Positions 1-13,652 of a stretch of 26,997 nucleotides of DNA are shown here, piece by piece. This stretch comes from Hormiphora californensis (lineage: Eukaryota > Animalia > Ctenophora): positions 1 to 26,997 of the forward strand of contig WFME01000021.1 in assembly GCA_020137815.1 (NCBI GenBank), in the 5' to 3' direction. Under the pieces are notes generated by a model. It did no database searches, was not told the origin of the DNA, and saw only the letters and a program-made list of their open reading frames with translations. Positions within the stretch are counted from its first letter, which is position 1, and every line of letters begins with the position of its first letter. The position numbers and the translations under genes are program-made.

Positions 1-53
1 ACCCGACATCAGACAGTGCCTCGCCCAAGTAAGAGGGTAATCAGCAAAGACGA

Positions 54-3000
54 GACGTCATTATATGTAAGGGAGAAAAAATTCTGGCTAGTCGACAAAA
101 TTAAAGTTTTCAAAGCAGTTATGATCCGAAATACGCAAACAAACCGAATTACGTTGATAAGAAAGACGCCGAAAGGTCAGTTTGTAATTTTGAATTTCGA
201 TACCAAAAGTCGATCTAGACAGATGAGATGAGAGGGACCATTGGTCCATTGTTTGTTCAACCCTTTTGTTTTTCAAAAATGTTAGCTCCGACGGGGTGAA
301 GCCGAGTCAAGGCAAGAGGACCGAAGCTCTTAAAAAACGAATCATATTAAGAAATAATCCAGTAATCTAATGCATAAAGAAGAAAGGCCAGGGCAGTATA
401 ATTATTCCTTCAGGTATACACATTTTATCTAGCAATGATGAAAAATATATTCGATCTCTACTCTCAGGTAGCATACATTATCGTGACTTATGTTGATTGT
501 AGAGAGACGTCAAATTAAGAGCTGAATTTTGTTTGGCGAACTAGTATTGAGCCATCTTACTGTTTGAAATTTAAAACAAAATAAAATGTTAGCTAGTATG
601 GTTCAGTGGAAACGTGGTACGAGACAGAGGAATTTCAGCGATTTTGTGTCCTTTCTATTTCGTTCTGCGTAAGTTCGCTCTCTATAAATTCCCCCGATTG
701 GGTGGAAACTGATTCAATCATGCATGTATGTGCAGCTTGGTTAACCAATTACTTGAAAATGAACATATATTTTGCACGACACATATCACCTTATCATGAG
801 ACGAAATCGAACATCCCGTGGTCACCGATCATTGGTTGTGTTGTCATTGGTTTGTTGCTGTTGTTCTTACTTACTTCGAGCTGTTTCAGTTGTTCTGAGG
901 CACTAGCTTTTTTTTTCTTTGCGGATATATCTGCAGATATAAATAGGTATTCAATCAAATTTATCAGCTACAACTACTATCCGGGGCCGCACATCTGAAA
1001 AACTTTCCAATCAAATCAGTCTAGGTTACTCCTGATAGGATCAGGAGAGGGTTGAGAGGAGAACATTGGAAAGAGAGGGGGAGCGGATCAGGGGGAGAGG
1101 ATCAGGGCCAGATGGGCTATTCTAATACAATTAGAATAGCCCATGCACATTTCTCTGGCTCTATCCTTTAGTAATAGTCATGTGAGGAGAGTGATTTCTG
1201 ATGAGGGAGATTCCAGTTAATGAGGGAAATGAGTTATTGTAATTGATAGATTTGAAACCGTTATAAGAACACACGGGGGGCTCTTCACGGTGGGGCAAAG
1301 AATCAAGCACCACATTTAGTAAGTCCCAGTGCAGCTGACCTCGTTACGCCACCTGAACCCTCCCTCATGAGCGTTCAGTCCCGCTAAAGTGGTTCATCTT
1401 TTTTCATTAGATTCATTACAGGTCAACACAGCTCTGGTAAAAACCCTCTTACTAGCCAATCATATTAACCAAGAAAACACGGTGGCTTATCATGGAGCTG
1501 TGGCCACCACAGAAGAATTTAATTCGAATGTCATATGTTTTTTGAAGTTCTGTGCTGCATCAACTACGTGAAAGCGATGCAATCGATTGATTAAATCTTA
1601 TAAAGAGAGTTCCACTTCCAAAGGAAGTTGGTTATATGAGCATGATGGGAGGGATCCCAGAACGTATAGTGGTTTTGTTTGCTTTCCCTAAAGTTTCTGA
1701 TTGCAATTGCAATATAACACGCGCCATATTATAGCTATCCCCACTTGATTATGATCACCCAAGATCGATAGCAGCTCGCTAGTATTGCTGTTGGACCATT
1801 ACTTGCATTCAGTGGTTCTCGTGGGAAAGGCCAGCGGAGACAAAGAGAGGTCTGTTGTAAGAGGAGCGAAATTTTTTGATATTATGAGAAAGTTAATCCC
1901 AAATAAGTTCTCACCATTTAGCACGGTGTGATGGCTAACTGCAGCAGGCAGCGACTACCGGAATTCACTCATCAACCTAAGACTAAAAAATGGACAGGAT
2001 TCGATTAACATAGTTTATACCATCCATCTTCTGGTAGGAACACCCCTCAACTTCTCTGTTTCCTCTATACACCTCCTGGCCTGTGAGAAGAGCAACTCCG
2101 CCTAATTTACCTCTGTGGGGCCATAACCTCCCTGATTCCCGATTGGTTTCATATCAGGGTGATCGCAAAGCATCCTTTGCTGACTTTCAATGGAGGTTTG
2201 CTGGACATTGGATGGATATGTAATGTGTATGGATGATACTACAGGTCGCTTTTCAGCTTTCATACTTCCTTGTCACGGTCATGAGTTGATACCAGTGTGT
2301 TGCACTCAAGTACCCGCATTCATGATCCGACGAGAATGATTTTAGTGGTGATGGTTTGTTACCGCCATTTATATCGGCATTCCTTGTGTTTTTTCTTCGC
2401 AGCCGGTGAACCAGTTAAGGTCTACAACAATATATACAGGGCTGCTCTACCGTACTACCGACAGATAATCCAGTTCAGTTGAAAAAACGAGGTGCGTTCT
2501 ACATTCATTAGGCTGCGTGATTAGCCACTCCGGGAGCCCTAACAATGGAGAAGTGCAATTTGATCTTGCTTGTCACTCCGGCTGGACTCGTGCGAAACGC
2601 AGTCCAAGCTATAAAAGGCGCCACATCACGTACATCTATCTGAACGGTGGCAGCGTCCAATAACACTCCCTTCAGTGGTATTTCTTTTGTATTTCCATTG
2701 ATGATGGTATATTTTACCAATTCTCTCCTCAGCGTTAAAACCGGATCGCATGGGAACTACTCCCCCCCGATGCCCCTAATTCGGTTGTCAATGTGTGATT
2801 CATCGTAGGACGAGAAAATGCGTCAGTTTCATACATGAGATGATAACAAGTCTGCGTCGGACCAGAAGACTCAGAAAGTCAGGGAGGAGAAGGCAGGGTT
2901 ACCGCTCGGACTACTGCAGCTGAACACTCCAAAAGAGCAGTTGATAAAGTGTCATCCGGAGTGTCATCTAGAGTGTCATCACAGACTTAATTCACCTACT

Positions 3001-3629
3001 GACCGAAAGAATTCAGTCAAGTCGAGGACCTTGGTTAACTTAAAAACACTTCGATAGGTCTAATGTTCATATGCTGAATGATGTTCAGTTTGTCATAAAG
3101 ATAGAATTATAGATGCTATGTATTCACCATCATGATCAAAAGATCACGTACCTTTTCTCGCAGACTACATAAAGGCGCAGCGGTGCATGCTATTTAGTTT
3201 TATACCCCGCGTGTGCAAGGAGGCCGAGAAAGTGAAAGGTGCCTTGAATTTTATCGTTTGTCGATTGAATTTTACCCTAGTTTTCTCCATTTACAAATTG
3301 TTTCTTGCTTCGAACAAGTTGTTATTTTCTAACCCTCCTCGCGAAAAGGGGGTCGAGCTAGGCAACGAACAAGTAGGCTGTTACAGTAGGACTAGGCCTG
3401 TTCGGAAATTGATCTTTCTGGTCAGTGGTCATTAGACCAGACTTCGTTTTCGCGAGTTTGGACAGGTTGGGCGACATGAGACAGAATTAGGCGTAGGCTG
3501 AAACTGAAATCAGCCGGAATTTCTGAAATCAGACGGAACTTCTGAAAGCAAACACGTGTCAATGACTTTTGACTTCATCTGAAACGTCCAGACGTCTTCT
3601 AGGGCAAATCGTCCAGACGTCTTCTAGAC
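54..3629 (+). repeat. Left arm of ~7.2 kb fold-back palindrome
   Basis: Reverse complement of 3646-7275 throughout, e.g. GACGTCATTATATGTAAGGGAGAAAAAATTCTGG at 54 vs CCAGAATTTTTCTCCCTTAACATATAATGACGTC ending 7275; 16-nt spacer 3630-3645. Confidence 0.97.
1031..1396 (+). mobile_element. Degenerate 3' fragment of a LINE-ORF1-bearing retroelement, same family as 25448-26315 (mirrored at ~5930-6295)
   Basis: Encodes PDR...ERVERRTL, matching SDRTVEERVERRTL of the 25802-26332 ORF; followed by a conserved 3' region (CTCGTTACGCCAC...TGAACCCTC) also found inverted at ~25530-25670. Confidence 0.6.
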
Positions 3630-3645
3630 ATGAATGTAGGAATCC

Positions 3646-6600
3646 GTCTAGAAGACGTTTGGACGATTTGCCCTAGAAGGACGTCTGGACGTTTTCAGAT
3701 GCAAGTCAAAAGTCATGACACGTGTTTGACTTTCCAGAAGTTCCGTCTGATTTCAGAAATATTCCGGCTTGAATTTCAGTTTTCAGACCTACGGGCCTAA
3801 TTTCTGTCTCCATGTAGTCGCCCAACCTGTCCAAACTCGCGAAAACGAAGTCTGGTCTAATGACCACTGACCAGAAAGATCAATTTCCGAACAGGCCTAG
3901 TCCTACTGTAACAGCCTACTTGTTCGTTGCCTAGCTCGACCCCCTTTCGCGAGGGGGTAGAAAATAACAACTTGTTCGGAAGCAAGAAACAATTTGTAAA
4001 ATGAGAAAAAGAAAACAGGGTAAAATTCCAAAATAGTACAAACGATTAAAATCGTGCAGCCTTCACTCTCGGCCCCTCCGCCACACCGCGGGTGATTTTC
4101 AAAAACTAAAAATAGATGCACCGCCTGCGACCATTATGTATGGTCTGCGAGAGAAAATAGGTACGTGATCTGTTGATCTGATGGGAAAATACATGCATCT
4201 TAATTCTTCTTATGAAAAACTAGAACAATCATTTCAGCATATGGACAGTTAGACATCATCGAAGTGTTTTTAAGTAACCAAGGTCTCGACTGACATGAGA
4301 TTCTCTTCGGCGAGTAGGTAATTAAGTCGTGGACACTCTAGAATGACACTCGGATGACACTTCAATCAACACACTGCATTCTTTTGGAGTGTTCAGTGCA
4401 GTAGTCGAGCGGTAAACCCGGCCTTCTCCTCCCGACTTCTGAGTCTCTGTCCGACCGCAGACTTTGTTTCAATCATCTCAGATATGAAACTGACGATTTC
4501 CGATCCTAGCGATGTAAATCACCACATGACAACCGAATTTAGGGGCATCGAGAGTTCCATGCGAATCGTTTAACGCTAGGAAGAAATTGGATAAAATATC
4601 CCTCATCAATGAAATTTACAAAGAAATACCCACGTGAAAGGGAGTGTTATAGGCGCATGCACCGTCAGAAGATGATCTGATGGTGGCGCTTCCCTTTTTA
4701 TTAGCTTGGATCTTGCGTTTCCACGAGTCCGCGGAGTGACAAGAAGATACGCAATTGCCAACTCCTATTGTTAGGGATCCCGAGTGGCATAACACGCCGC
4801 ATAATGAATGTAGACAGCAGTTTTATCAAAACTGAAACTGGAATTATTCATGTCGGTAGTAGGGTAGAGCAAGCCCTGTCATATTGTTGTACTTTAAACT
4901 GTTCACCGGTGCGAAGGAAAACAAAAGGATGCCCGATTTGAAATATGGCGTAACAATACCACACCACTAAAATCAGTTTCTCGCGGATCATGAATAAGCG
5001 GTGTACTGGGTGCACAGCCCGGGTACAACTAATGACCTGACAAGGAAGTAGGAAAGCTGAGAAAGCGACCTTTAGTATCATCGCCATACACATCATTACA
5101 TATCCATCCAATGTCCAGCAAACACTCCACTTGGAAAAGTCAGAAAAAAGATGATATTGCTGATAACACTGATTATGAAAACAAATCAGGGGAATCAGGG
5201 CGAGGCTTAACCAGAGGTTAAATTAGTCCGGGAGTTGCTCGTCTCACAGGCCAGGAGGTCTGATATAGGAAACAGAGAAAGTTGAGGGAGTGTTGTTCCT
5301 ACCAGAAGATGGATGTATAAAATATGTTATCGAATCTGGTCCATTGTTTAGCTAGCGTGATGTATGAGTGAATTCAGTAGTCGCTGTGCTGCATTGCCAT
5401 AACACCGTTCTAAATGGTGATGAAATTATTGGGATTAAATTCTCAATATATATAAAATTCGCTCTCTCTACAACAATATCTTTGTCTCGACTGGCTCCTT
5501 TCCCACGAGAACACTGCATGCAGTAATGGGTCACAAACAGGCTTAACTATGCGAGCTGCCTATCGATTTGGTGATCATAATCAAGGACGCATAATATGGC
5601 GCGTTTTTATAAGTTGCAATTGCAATCAGAACACTTTAGGAAAGACAAAACAACAATCCACTATCACGTTCTGGGATCCCTCATACATTGTCATATAACA
5701 ACTTCTTTGAAGGGAACTCTCTTATAAGATTTAATCAATCGATTGCATCGCTTGTCACGTAGTTGATGAGCACAGAACTTTCAAAAAAATATGACATTCG
5801 AATGTAATTCTTCTGTGGTGGCACACAGCCCATGATAAGCCACCGTTTTGTTTCCTGGGTAATATGATTGGATGAAGACCGGGTTTTACCAGAGCTGTGT
5901 TGACTGAATGAATCTAAATGAAGGAAAATGAACCACGTAGCGGGGAACTGAAGGCCTCAGAGGAGGGTCAGGTGGCGTAACGAGGTCAGCTGCACTGAGG
6001 ACTTACTAAAAGTGTGCATTGAGTCTGTTACCCCCACCGTGAAGGCCCCACCGTGTGTTCTTATAACGCGTTCAAAATCTACAAATTACAATAACTCAGT
6101 TTACCCCCTCTTAACTGGAATCTCCCTCATCAGAATCACTCTCTCATCATGACTATACTATAGATGAGAGCCAGAGAAGTGCATGGGCTATTCTAATTGT
6201 ATAGCAATAGCCCACTTGGCCCTGATCCTCTCCCCTGATCCGCTCCCCCTCTCTTCCACATGTTCTCCTTCAAACCCTCTCCTGATCCTATCAGGATGTA
6301 ACCTAGCGACTGATTGATGGAAAGTTGTTTCAGATGTGCGGCCCCCGATAGTATTGTAGCTGGATAAATTTGATGAATACCTATTATATCTGCAGATATA
6401 TTCCGCAGAAGCCTACCTCAGAACAACCTGAACCAGCCTCGAAGAGAAGAACAACAGCAAACAAAAACCAATGACAACAAACCAAGTCGGGACCAACGGG
6501 ATGTTGATTTGTCGTCTAAATGATAAAGGTTGATATGGTCTGCAAAATAATATTTCAATTTTCAAGGTAAATTGGTTAACCAAGCTGCAATACATGCATG

Positions 6601-7275
6601 ATTGAATCCAGTCACCAATCGGGGGAATTATAGAGAGCGAATTACGCAGAATGAGAATAGAAAGACACATCTCTGTAATTCCTTGTCTTCGTACCAACGT
6701 TCCACTGAACCATACTAGCTAAACCCATTTATTTGTATTTAAATTTCAAACAGTTAAGATTGGCTCAATACTAGTTTCCGCCAAACAAAAATTTCAGTCT
6801 TCTAATTACGTCATCATGCTACTAAAATCAAATAAGTCACGATAATGTATGACTACCTGACGAGGTAGAGATCGAATATATTTTTCATTCATGCTAGATA
6901 AAATGTATACCATGAAGGAAATTATATCTGCCCTGGCCTTCTTCATTAGCATTAGATTAGATTATTTTCTAATATGAATTCGTTTTTTAAGAAGCTTCGG
7001 TCCCTTGCCTTGACTCTGTCTTCACCCCAGGTACGGAGAAAACATTTTGAAAAACAAAAAGGGGTTGAAACGAAACAATGACAATGGTCCTCTCATCTCT
7101 GGTCTAGATTCGACTTTTTGGTATCGAAATTCAAAATTACAAAACTGACCTTTCGGCGGTCTTTCTTATCACACGGAATTCGAGTTTGTTTGGCGTATTT
7201 CGGATCATAACTGATTTGAAAACTTTAATTTTGTCGACTAGCCAGAATTTTTCTCCCTTAACATATAATGACGTC
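3646..7275 (-). repeat. Right arm of fold-back palindrome (indel-rich copy, likely sequencing/assembly artefact)
   Basis: Colinear inverted copy of 54-3629; near-perfect around 3820-3940, elsewhere dominated by 1-2 nt indels. Confidence 0.95.
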
Positions 7276-7904
7276 ATTCGCACTGTTTTATTTCTCTCTC
7301 TTTCATTTCTCTCTAGTCTGGTGAGCAGGGCTGAATCATTTGTCTCCCATTACATGGGGTCTCATGGGTCTTCCGTCCGTGTTTTTATTCTTTAAATTTC
7401 GGCCAATTATTTTCCTAATATAAGTTGTGTGTAATGTTTGCTCATTTCATTAACATTTCTGGCATATCTATGATCTAAAACATAATTAGAGTGACTTGAG
7501 ATCACTCACAGTTTCGAATTTTGGGTAGATTATGTTTCAGTTAATCTCCATGCACTCTCCACTCTCAAGTAACTCTTACCTCCAGTTATCTTTCGCTGTA
7601 TGTGACGCTGGAACTTTAACACGATTAACTTAAATTTTGTTTTAATGTTATCAATGTCTTCCAAAGACCCTGCATTCATCCTTTTATCTCGTCTCATTCC
7701 CGCTCTTGCATTCAGCTCAAACTTGCAAACTGAATCCATGCCCTGGTAGCCCTGGTAGATAAAATTTGAACCAGTAATATTCGATATAGTAAATTGTTTA
7801 CTGGCCACATGTTACCTATCCTTTGGTAACGAAGTTACCCCTCCCTTGCCAGCGCACGGCGGAGAAGTTATTTCTTAATTACTATCGTTACTGTTTCGAT
7901 GCAG

Positions 7905-8065
7905 GCAATGACCGTTGAAGTTGAGTCGCCTGACAATTGCACTGTGTATCAACAATTCAATGTTGAGGAGCAGTCAGTTAAATTTGGAGGAGTTGCGGAG
8001 GCCCTTGACAAGGCCAACAAAAGATTCATCCTGAGTGGTGAGCGGTGCGCGACGAAAAACTCCCC
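7905..8065 (+). CDS. Candidate host-gene exon, product unknown
   Basis: gcag|GCAATG...CTCCCC|gtaagt; open frame AMTVEVESPDNCTVYQQFNVEEQSVKFGGVAEALDKANKRFILSGERCATKNSP; a phase-compatible acceptor follows at ~8247. No recognisable family. Confidence 0.3.
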
Positions 8066-8536
8066 GTAAGTTATATCTTAACTAGTTTTTGTTTTAAACT
8101 ACTCTATTAAATTGTGTTGAGTGTTCTAGTTTGTTCCCGAGATCAATACTCTTTCCATCGCAATTTAATTATTTCCTAATTTCAAACATACCCGCGTCCT
8201 GCAATGAGATATTGCAGACACAATGACAAATTCTACATCATATTTCAGACATAGAATGACAAATTTGGTCGAGCCCAATAATTTCTTACAGATAGTTTTA
8301 GGATAATTCCCTGACGTCCCTGAATATTTCGCACGGTAACCCTGCCTTTCGATAGCTTACCAATAACTTACAAATTGCTTTGTTATTGCTAAATTTGTAC
8401 GTGTTCGAATCTGACTGCCAGCTCTTTTATAGTATGTGATCACAATGCAAGTGCCACAAAAAGTACTCAGTCTGCACACCTTCAGGCTAACATATCCTAT
8501 GCCACTATATGCAGTATCATTCCTGTGAGGGTTGTC

Positions 8537-9421
8537 CAGTGGCGTAGCCAGGGTTTTGAGCATGGTAGTGCATTAAGAATTTGAAGTAGTGCACCTTTAA
8601 TCACGGAAAATTTTACCGATTTTTAACAATCTGAGAGCAATTTGAAACAATATGAAGGAGGCACAGCCCCCACGGGCAGGGACCAGGAATTGTAAGCCCT
8701 GGTGGGGTCGTGGGGCGAAGCCCCCGGAAATTTTTCCTGATTTTTGTCAATTTTGACAATCTGAGAGCAATTTGAAAACAATAATTTAAGCAATATGTCG
8801 GGAATAAAGCCCCCACTAGCAGGGTCCAGGGACTGCAAGCCCTGGTGGGGGTGTGGGGCAAAGCCCCCAGAGTTTTTCCCGATTTTTGCCAATTTTGACA
8901 ATCTGAGAGCATTTTCAAAACAATAATTCAAATGACATGAAGGAGGCAAAGCAGGGTCCAGGGACTGCAAGTCCTGGTGGAAGCATGGGGCGAGGCCCGG
9001 AGCCCCCCAGAAATTTTCCCCAATTTTTGTCAATTTTGACAATCTGAGAGCATTTTGAACACAATCACGCAAACTAAGAAGGGTAATACACCATAAATAG
9101 CACAATTCTAGCAATTGGGTGTCGTGCTGTTATCCCATCGAGACAGGGAACGCATGGTACTGGCGATTGCTCTCTATTATGTCACCTGAACCCCTCTCTT
9201 TTTCTCGATCTTTGTGCTTTATCTCTATTTGTTTGGGATTGAGTGTCGTACATTACATCTCAAACGCTAATTTCAAGTTTATATCCTACCCAACTTCGAA
9301 GTAGTGCAATTTTGATGAAAATTTAGGCGTGGTAGTGCAAATCACGAAAATTTGAGGTAGTGCAGTTGGGAGCGCTCAGGTAGTACAATGCACGTTTGCA
9401 CATACCCTGGCTACGCCACTG
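8537..9421. mobile_element. Non-autonomous hAT-superfamily DNA transposon (MITE-like)
   Basis: 18-bp TIR CAGTGGCGTAGCCAGGGT / ACCCTGGCTACGCCACTG; perfect 8-bp TSD GGGTTGTC at 8529-8536 and 9422-9429; no transposase. Confidence 0.93.
8620..9060. repeat. Imperfect ~130-145 bp tandem repeat (about 3 copies) inside the hAT element
   Basis: Recurring TTTTGACAATCTGAGAGCA...CCAGGGACTGCAAGCCCTGGTGG...AAGCCCCC; explains spurious repetitive ORFs 8613-9114. Confidence 0.85.
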
Positions 9422-11718
9422 GGGTTGTCAGGCAACATCACGCACGTAGCGAGGCCTTTGTTATGGCCCGGGGCCCGTTACGGAGAGGACAGTCTTATAT
9501 GAAACAATGTAAGGGTTTGAGTGCTAGAAATTCTAGCCTAGAATGTGTCTAATGAGACTCATTGCGATTAACCATACATAATACATATGGTACCTTACTT
9601 ACGAGATGAATCAAACGATCACCGCAAAAAAACTAACAATCGCTCGCTAAATTAAGCAATTGAATAAAATATAAACCATAAATAATGCTCAAACTTATAG
9701 TCTCATCTCCTGATCCTCCTATAATATAAACATAACTTTGAGATCAGCATAGATACCACCGCTATATGCTAGGAGCTGATCTTGCAACACCTGAACATGC
9801 AGGTGGAATTGATTGCAAACTGTAATATCATCTTGGCTCCCACCCCTATAATTATTGCATATTGCTTGTGCGGAGGGGTAATTTCATTACCAAAATATCA
9901 TCGGAGTTAGTTTCATATCCAATCCCACGCTGCTGCAGGGCGATTGGAAATGAAACAGTGGGATCATTATGCTATGTAGTGAATTCAGTCATATTTTAAT
10001 AAATATATCTGAGCAAGCAAAACCCACTAAAATCAATCACATACATTAGAGCTGAGAAAAGGGGTACAGTGAGCTTATTATGTCGTAGACACGGTCTTTG
10101 TACGTATTTAGGAATATCTAAAGGTGGCAATATAGGACCAGTTGCACCGGTCACACCCTTGCCAATTAATCTGGTATTCTAGAATTAGGGAGATATTATA
10201 TTTGGTCACCTTTGGGTGCCGTGCATCCAACCCCAGAAATTACCTCGAAGAGCCGGGTAAATCGAGGTTTGGCCAAGCAAATGCAGGTTGAACAGCAGCT
10301 AATAGCGTCAGGAGAGCACTCTCTGTTTGGACTACAAAATAACAGCATTAGCTATATTTCGCAAGACAAGAGGGAGACTAGGCCTGTTATTGCAGTTGAC
10401 AAGATAACTAAATGGGTACTGCGTTGTGGCACCAAATCTATGTATGGTCCAATCAAAAAAGCTCATTCTACGACATGCAAGATTAATAAAATGAACTGTG
10501 TGGTGAATTTAGTTAATTAACTCTCAGAAAGAGACGGGAGAGAGAGACGGAGAGGGAGAGAGAGAAGTAAAGAGGGCCCTAATAAATGTTAAGCCCTTTC
10601 TGCCCGTCGTGGGTGAGAGAGAGATGGCGTTGGGTATTGAGCAAAGCAATGGATTGTATTGTTCCAGCGCACGAGACCGTATGATAAGGCAAGGCAATTG
10701 GAAATTGGTTTCTGACTGATCTGTATTAATTTGTTAACTTCCTAGACACACACCAAACTATTAACTATATTAAAAGGGATATCACAAATGCAACTTCCCA
10801 TTTTCAGTATTTCGAACGCAGGTCCTCCCACGGTTACCAGCAAACAGTCTCCCGGCATTGTTTCGGGCATAGTCCCGTGACACGTCACTAGTTTATTACA
10901 GCATTTTTGAATCATAAATCACCTAACGTCCCTCGATATCATTCTATCGACGAGACAATCTGGTGAGGACTCCGAAAATTAGGATGATCCGCAGCAGCGG
11001 CAGCTGGGATAATGAAAGTCGAAATGAATGGCCAGTGTGACTGTGAATTGACCATGCTTATTGTGTTCTAACCCTCTACTACATTGTTAAAATAGCGGGA
11101 ACCGCACGGAAAGATGTCGATCAGCTAGACAAAACCATGCTAGTCAACCTGAAAATGTCGAAGAAAGACGCTGGAACAAACCATTTTGCTTTATCGTTTA
11201 CTGTTCTCCCTCCACTCGACATTTTGTCTGTAGGCGGCCATACCCGATTTGATTTTCTTCTCGGATGGGTCCACTGCAGCGCCGGACAGCTCGACCACGT
11301 ACAGATCAATATTGGGTTCAACCTAAAAATACCGTTATACATATATGATCTGCTGTATGGATATCTCTGTTACTTTCCACCTTGTATTGTAGTAGTTAGC
11401 TCAATAAAACATATACCGGGAGGTTTTATCTCTATTTGCATATTGTTATGTTAGGTTAAACCTATCACAATATTCTCCGGCAGTAGCAGCCTTAAAGAGC
11501 ACGTGTATGTAATATTCTGAGAACATGATGGGGAGGAGCTGTTGAAAAAATAGATAGGAGAGGGAGAGAGTTTTAGAGAGAGAGCCATATGAAGTGGTGG
11601 GAGGACGGAGAGAGATCTGAAGAACACTTAGAGCCATAACATGTTTCAGTTGAACTGATATTGCTCTTCGTATTGGAGGACAGTGAAAGATGGAGATCTA
11701 GATAGAGAGCAGACAGAT

Positions 11719-11769
11719 TCTCTTCTCCTCTCTCTCCTCTCTCTCTCTCTCCTCTATCTCTCCTCTCTC

Positions 11770-11817
<48 letters not shown>

Positions 11818-11857
11818 ATTCCTCTCTCCTCTCTATCTCTCTCTCTCTCTTTTCTCG

Positions 11858-11926
<69 letters not shown>

Positions 11927-12014
11927 CCCTCTCTCTCTCTCTCTCCCTCTCTCCCCCCCCCCCCTCTCTCTCTCTCCTCTCTCTTCTCTCTCTCTCTCTC
12001 TCCCCTCTCTCTCT
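11719..12014. repeat. Imperfect (CT)n microsatellite / polypyrimidine tract (~295 bp)
   Basis: Direct reading; gives spurious (LS)n and (RE)n ORFs. Confidence 0.97.
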
Positions 12015-13236
12015 AAACTTCTCTTTCCGGGTCTACTGTGTGTGGCTTCCAGGCGCTGTCTGCAGCTGTACTCTATTTGTGTCCACACAGAGTTATATTG
12101 TGTACTATGAGCGGCAGAACACTATATAGGAGTCTTGTTTGGAGGTCTTCTCGTACCGTCTTTTGAGAGAACTTCTCCGTACCGTACCTTTTGAGAGAGA
12201 CCCTCTCTCCTTTGTTTTTATGTTCTTTTGTCAACGGATTCAGGATGATGTAGAAAGCTGCTATTTTTCAAAAACTGAAACCTTATATTTTGGCATACAC
12301 AGCAGTCGCTTGCCTTGCTCGACCCTGATTCACAACCAGTCGAACGTTTGCCTACTTTTTCCTACCGTCAATATCGTATGACGTAGTAATCGTTGCTCAC
12401 CATGTTTTCTCTCAATATCAAGTTGGTGTGTTTCGATCTGAATGTCTTCGTTTTACCTCGATAACGGTGACGGTAATCCCGGACCAGATTGGCCTCAACA
12501 CCGCGAGGAGGACAATAAGACCTTTGGGAAACGGTACAGGATCATCGCTCTGCTTCCATTTTGCTAGCTGTGCAGTACTGTGGCTGAAACTTTATCAGAG
12601 ATAAACTATCTCTCATGTTGTTGGCTGATAATGTCAGAGCATTGTTCTCATCCTATTCTCATTCCTTTCAAGCGGTCAGAGCATTGGCCTGACAGCTATG
12701 AGTGGATAGCCTCTTGGCGCTGACCGTATGGTGGGCGCTGAGTGCTGACGCATTTACACCATTATTGAAGCTAAATGTCGTGGCATTGTAGTGATTTATG
12801 TAGGGACTTTAGAGATTATAATAGCACCCTGATTGGTTCAAGTTACAGTTTTTGCATGTGGTTGATATTTTCTGGAGTTGATCGAATTATTCCTTCGAAC
12901 TCCTTTATAATTCAACCTCAAAGATATTTGAGGTGGGGTTACCATATCCATGACGCCCGGGCTGTTCTTTTGACTTCAGATTTTATGCTCCCCCTCAAAG
13001 GCCATTATTTTCCATCTCGAATGGAATATGCAGGGCGACTGGTCCAGATTAATTAGGATCTCAATAGCAGAATAGTATCATGCAGGGTCTAGGAAGTAAT
13101 CAGTCAATGTGCTGCTCTGTCTTCTTTTGACTTGTAGACTCTATATCTAGTGAGTAGTGAGCCTCACTCTAGTAGTATAGTGTGGACAGTTGGGACCCCT
13201 TTTTTGCTCGAGTTTGTGGCTACCATATATGGGCAT

Positions 13237-13265
13237 GTCACGTGACCCCACGGTTACCTAGCAAC
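13237..13265. promoter_or_regulatory. Palindromic E-box GTCACGTGAC plus RFX X-box-like GTTACCTAGCAAC
   Basis: Motif match only (13237-13246; 13253-13265); a similar CCCACGGTTACC-AGCAA occurs at ~10826. Confidence 0.35.
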
Positions 13266-13321
13266 AACCCTACCGTCGTGGCACCTAGCAGCAACCCTAA
13301 CCCTAATGTGTAGCCAAGTGA

Positions 13322-13652
13322 TAACCCTAGATTAGGTCATAGCGCTGACAAGGGCCACAGTGCAGTAACCTTAAATTGAAATGACTCTACACGATAACAT
13401 ACCTCCTAATCACTTTCCATATCCTTAATTTTGTACAAGTAACATCAATATTACTCCCGTGGTGTAGTGCTAACCCTAGATTAGGTCATAGCGCTGACAA
13501 GGGCCACAGTGTAGTAACCTTAAATTGAAATGACTCTACACGATAAAATACTCCTAATCACTTTCCATATCCCTAATTTTGTACAAGTAACATCAGCATT
13601 ACTCTCGTGGTGTAGTGCACCCTAGATTACGTCATAGCGCTGACAAGGGCCA
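13322..13652. repeat. 149-bp subterminal tandem repeat, ~2.2 copies
   Basis: TAACCCTAGATTAGGTCATAGCGCTGACAAGGGCCA starts at 13322 and 13471; partial third copy ~13618-13652; mirrored at 26761-26976. Confidence 0.95.

Noticed and set aside
2000-2950. Coding-looking stretch within the palindrome arm (ORF 2508-2720)
   Set aside because: Frames are broken, the region is probably error-rich and no domain was recognised.
8613-9114. 101-aa and 163-aa repetitive ORFs
   Set aside because: Arise from tandem repeats inside a non-autonomous hAT element; no transposase motifs.
11683-12129. 148-aa LS-rich and 76-aa RE-rich ORFs
   Set aside because: Translations of the (CT)n microsatellite.
11120-12570. 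Possible minus-strand host exons (e.g. EYYIHVLFKAATAGEYCD, VEPNIDLYVVELSG)
   Set aside because: Could not build a phase-consistent gene model or recognise a family.
13322-13652. CRISPR-like array
   Set aside because: Whole 149-bp units are repeated; there are no unique spacers, and the context is eukaryotic.
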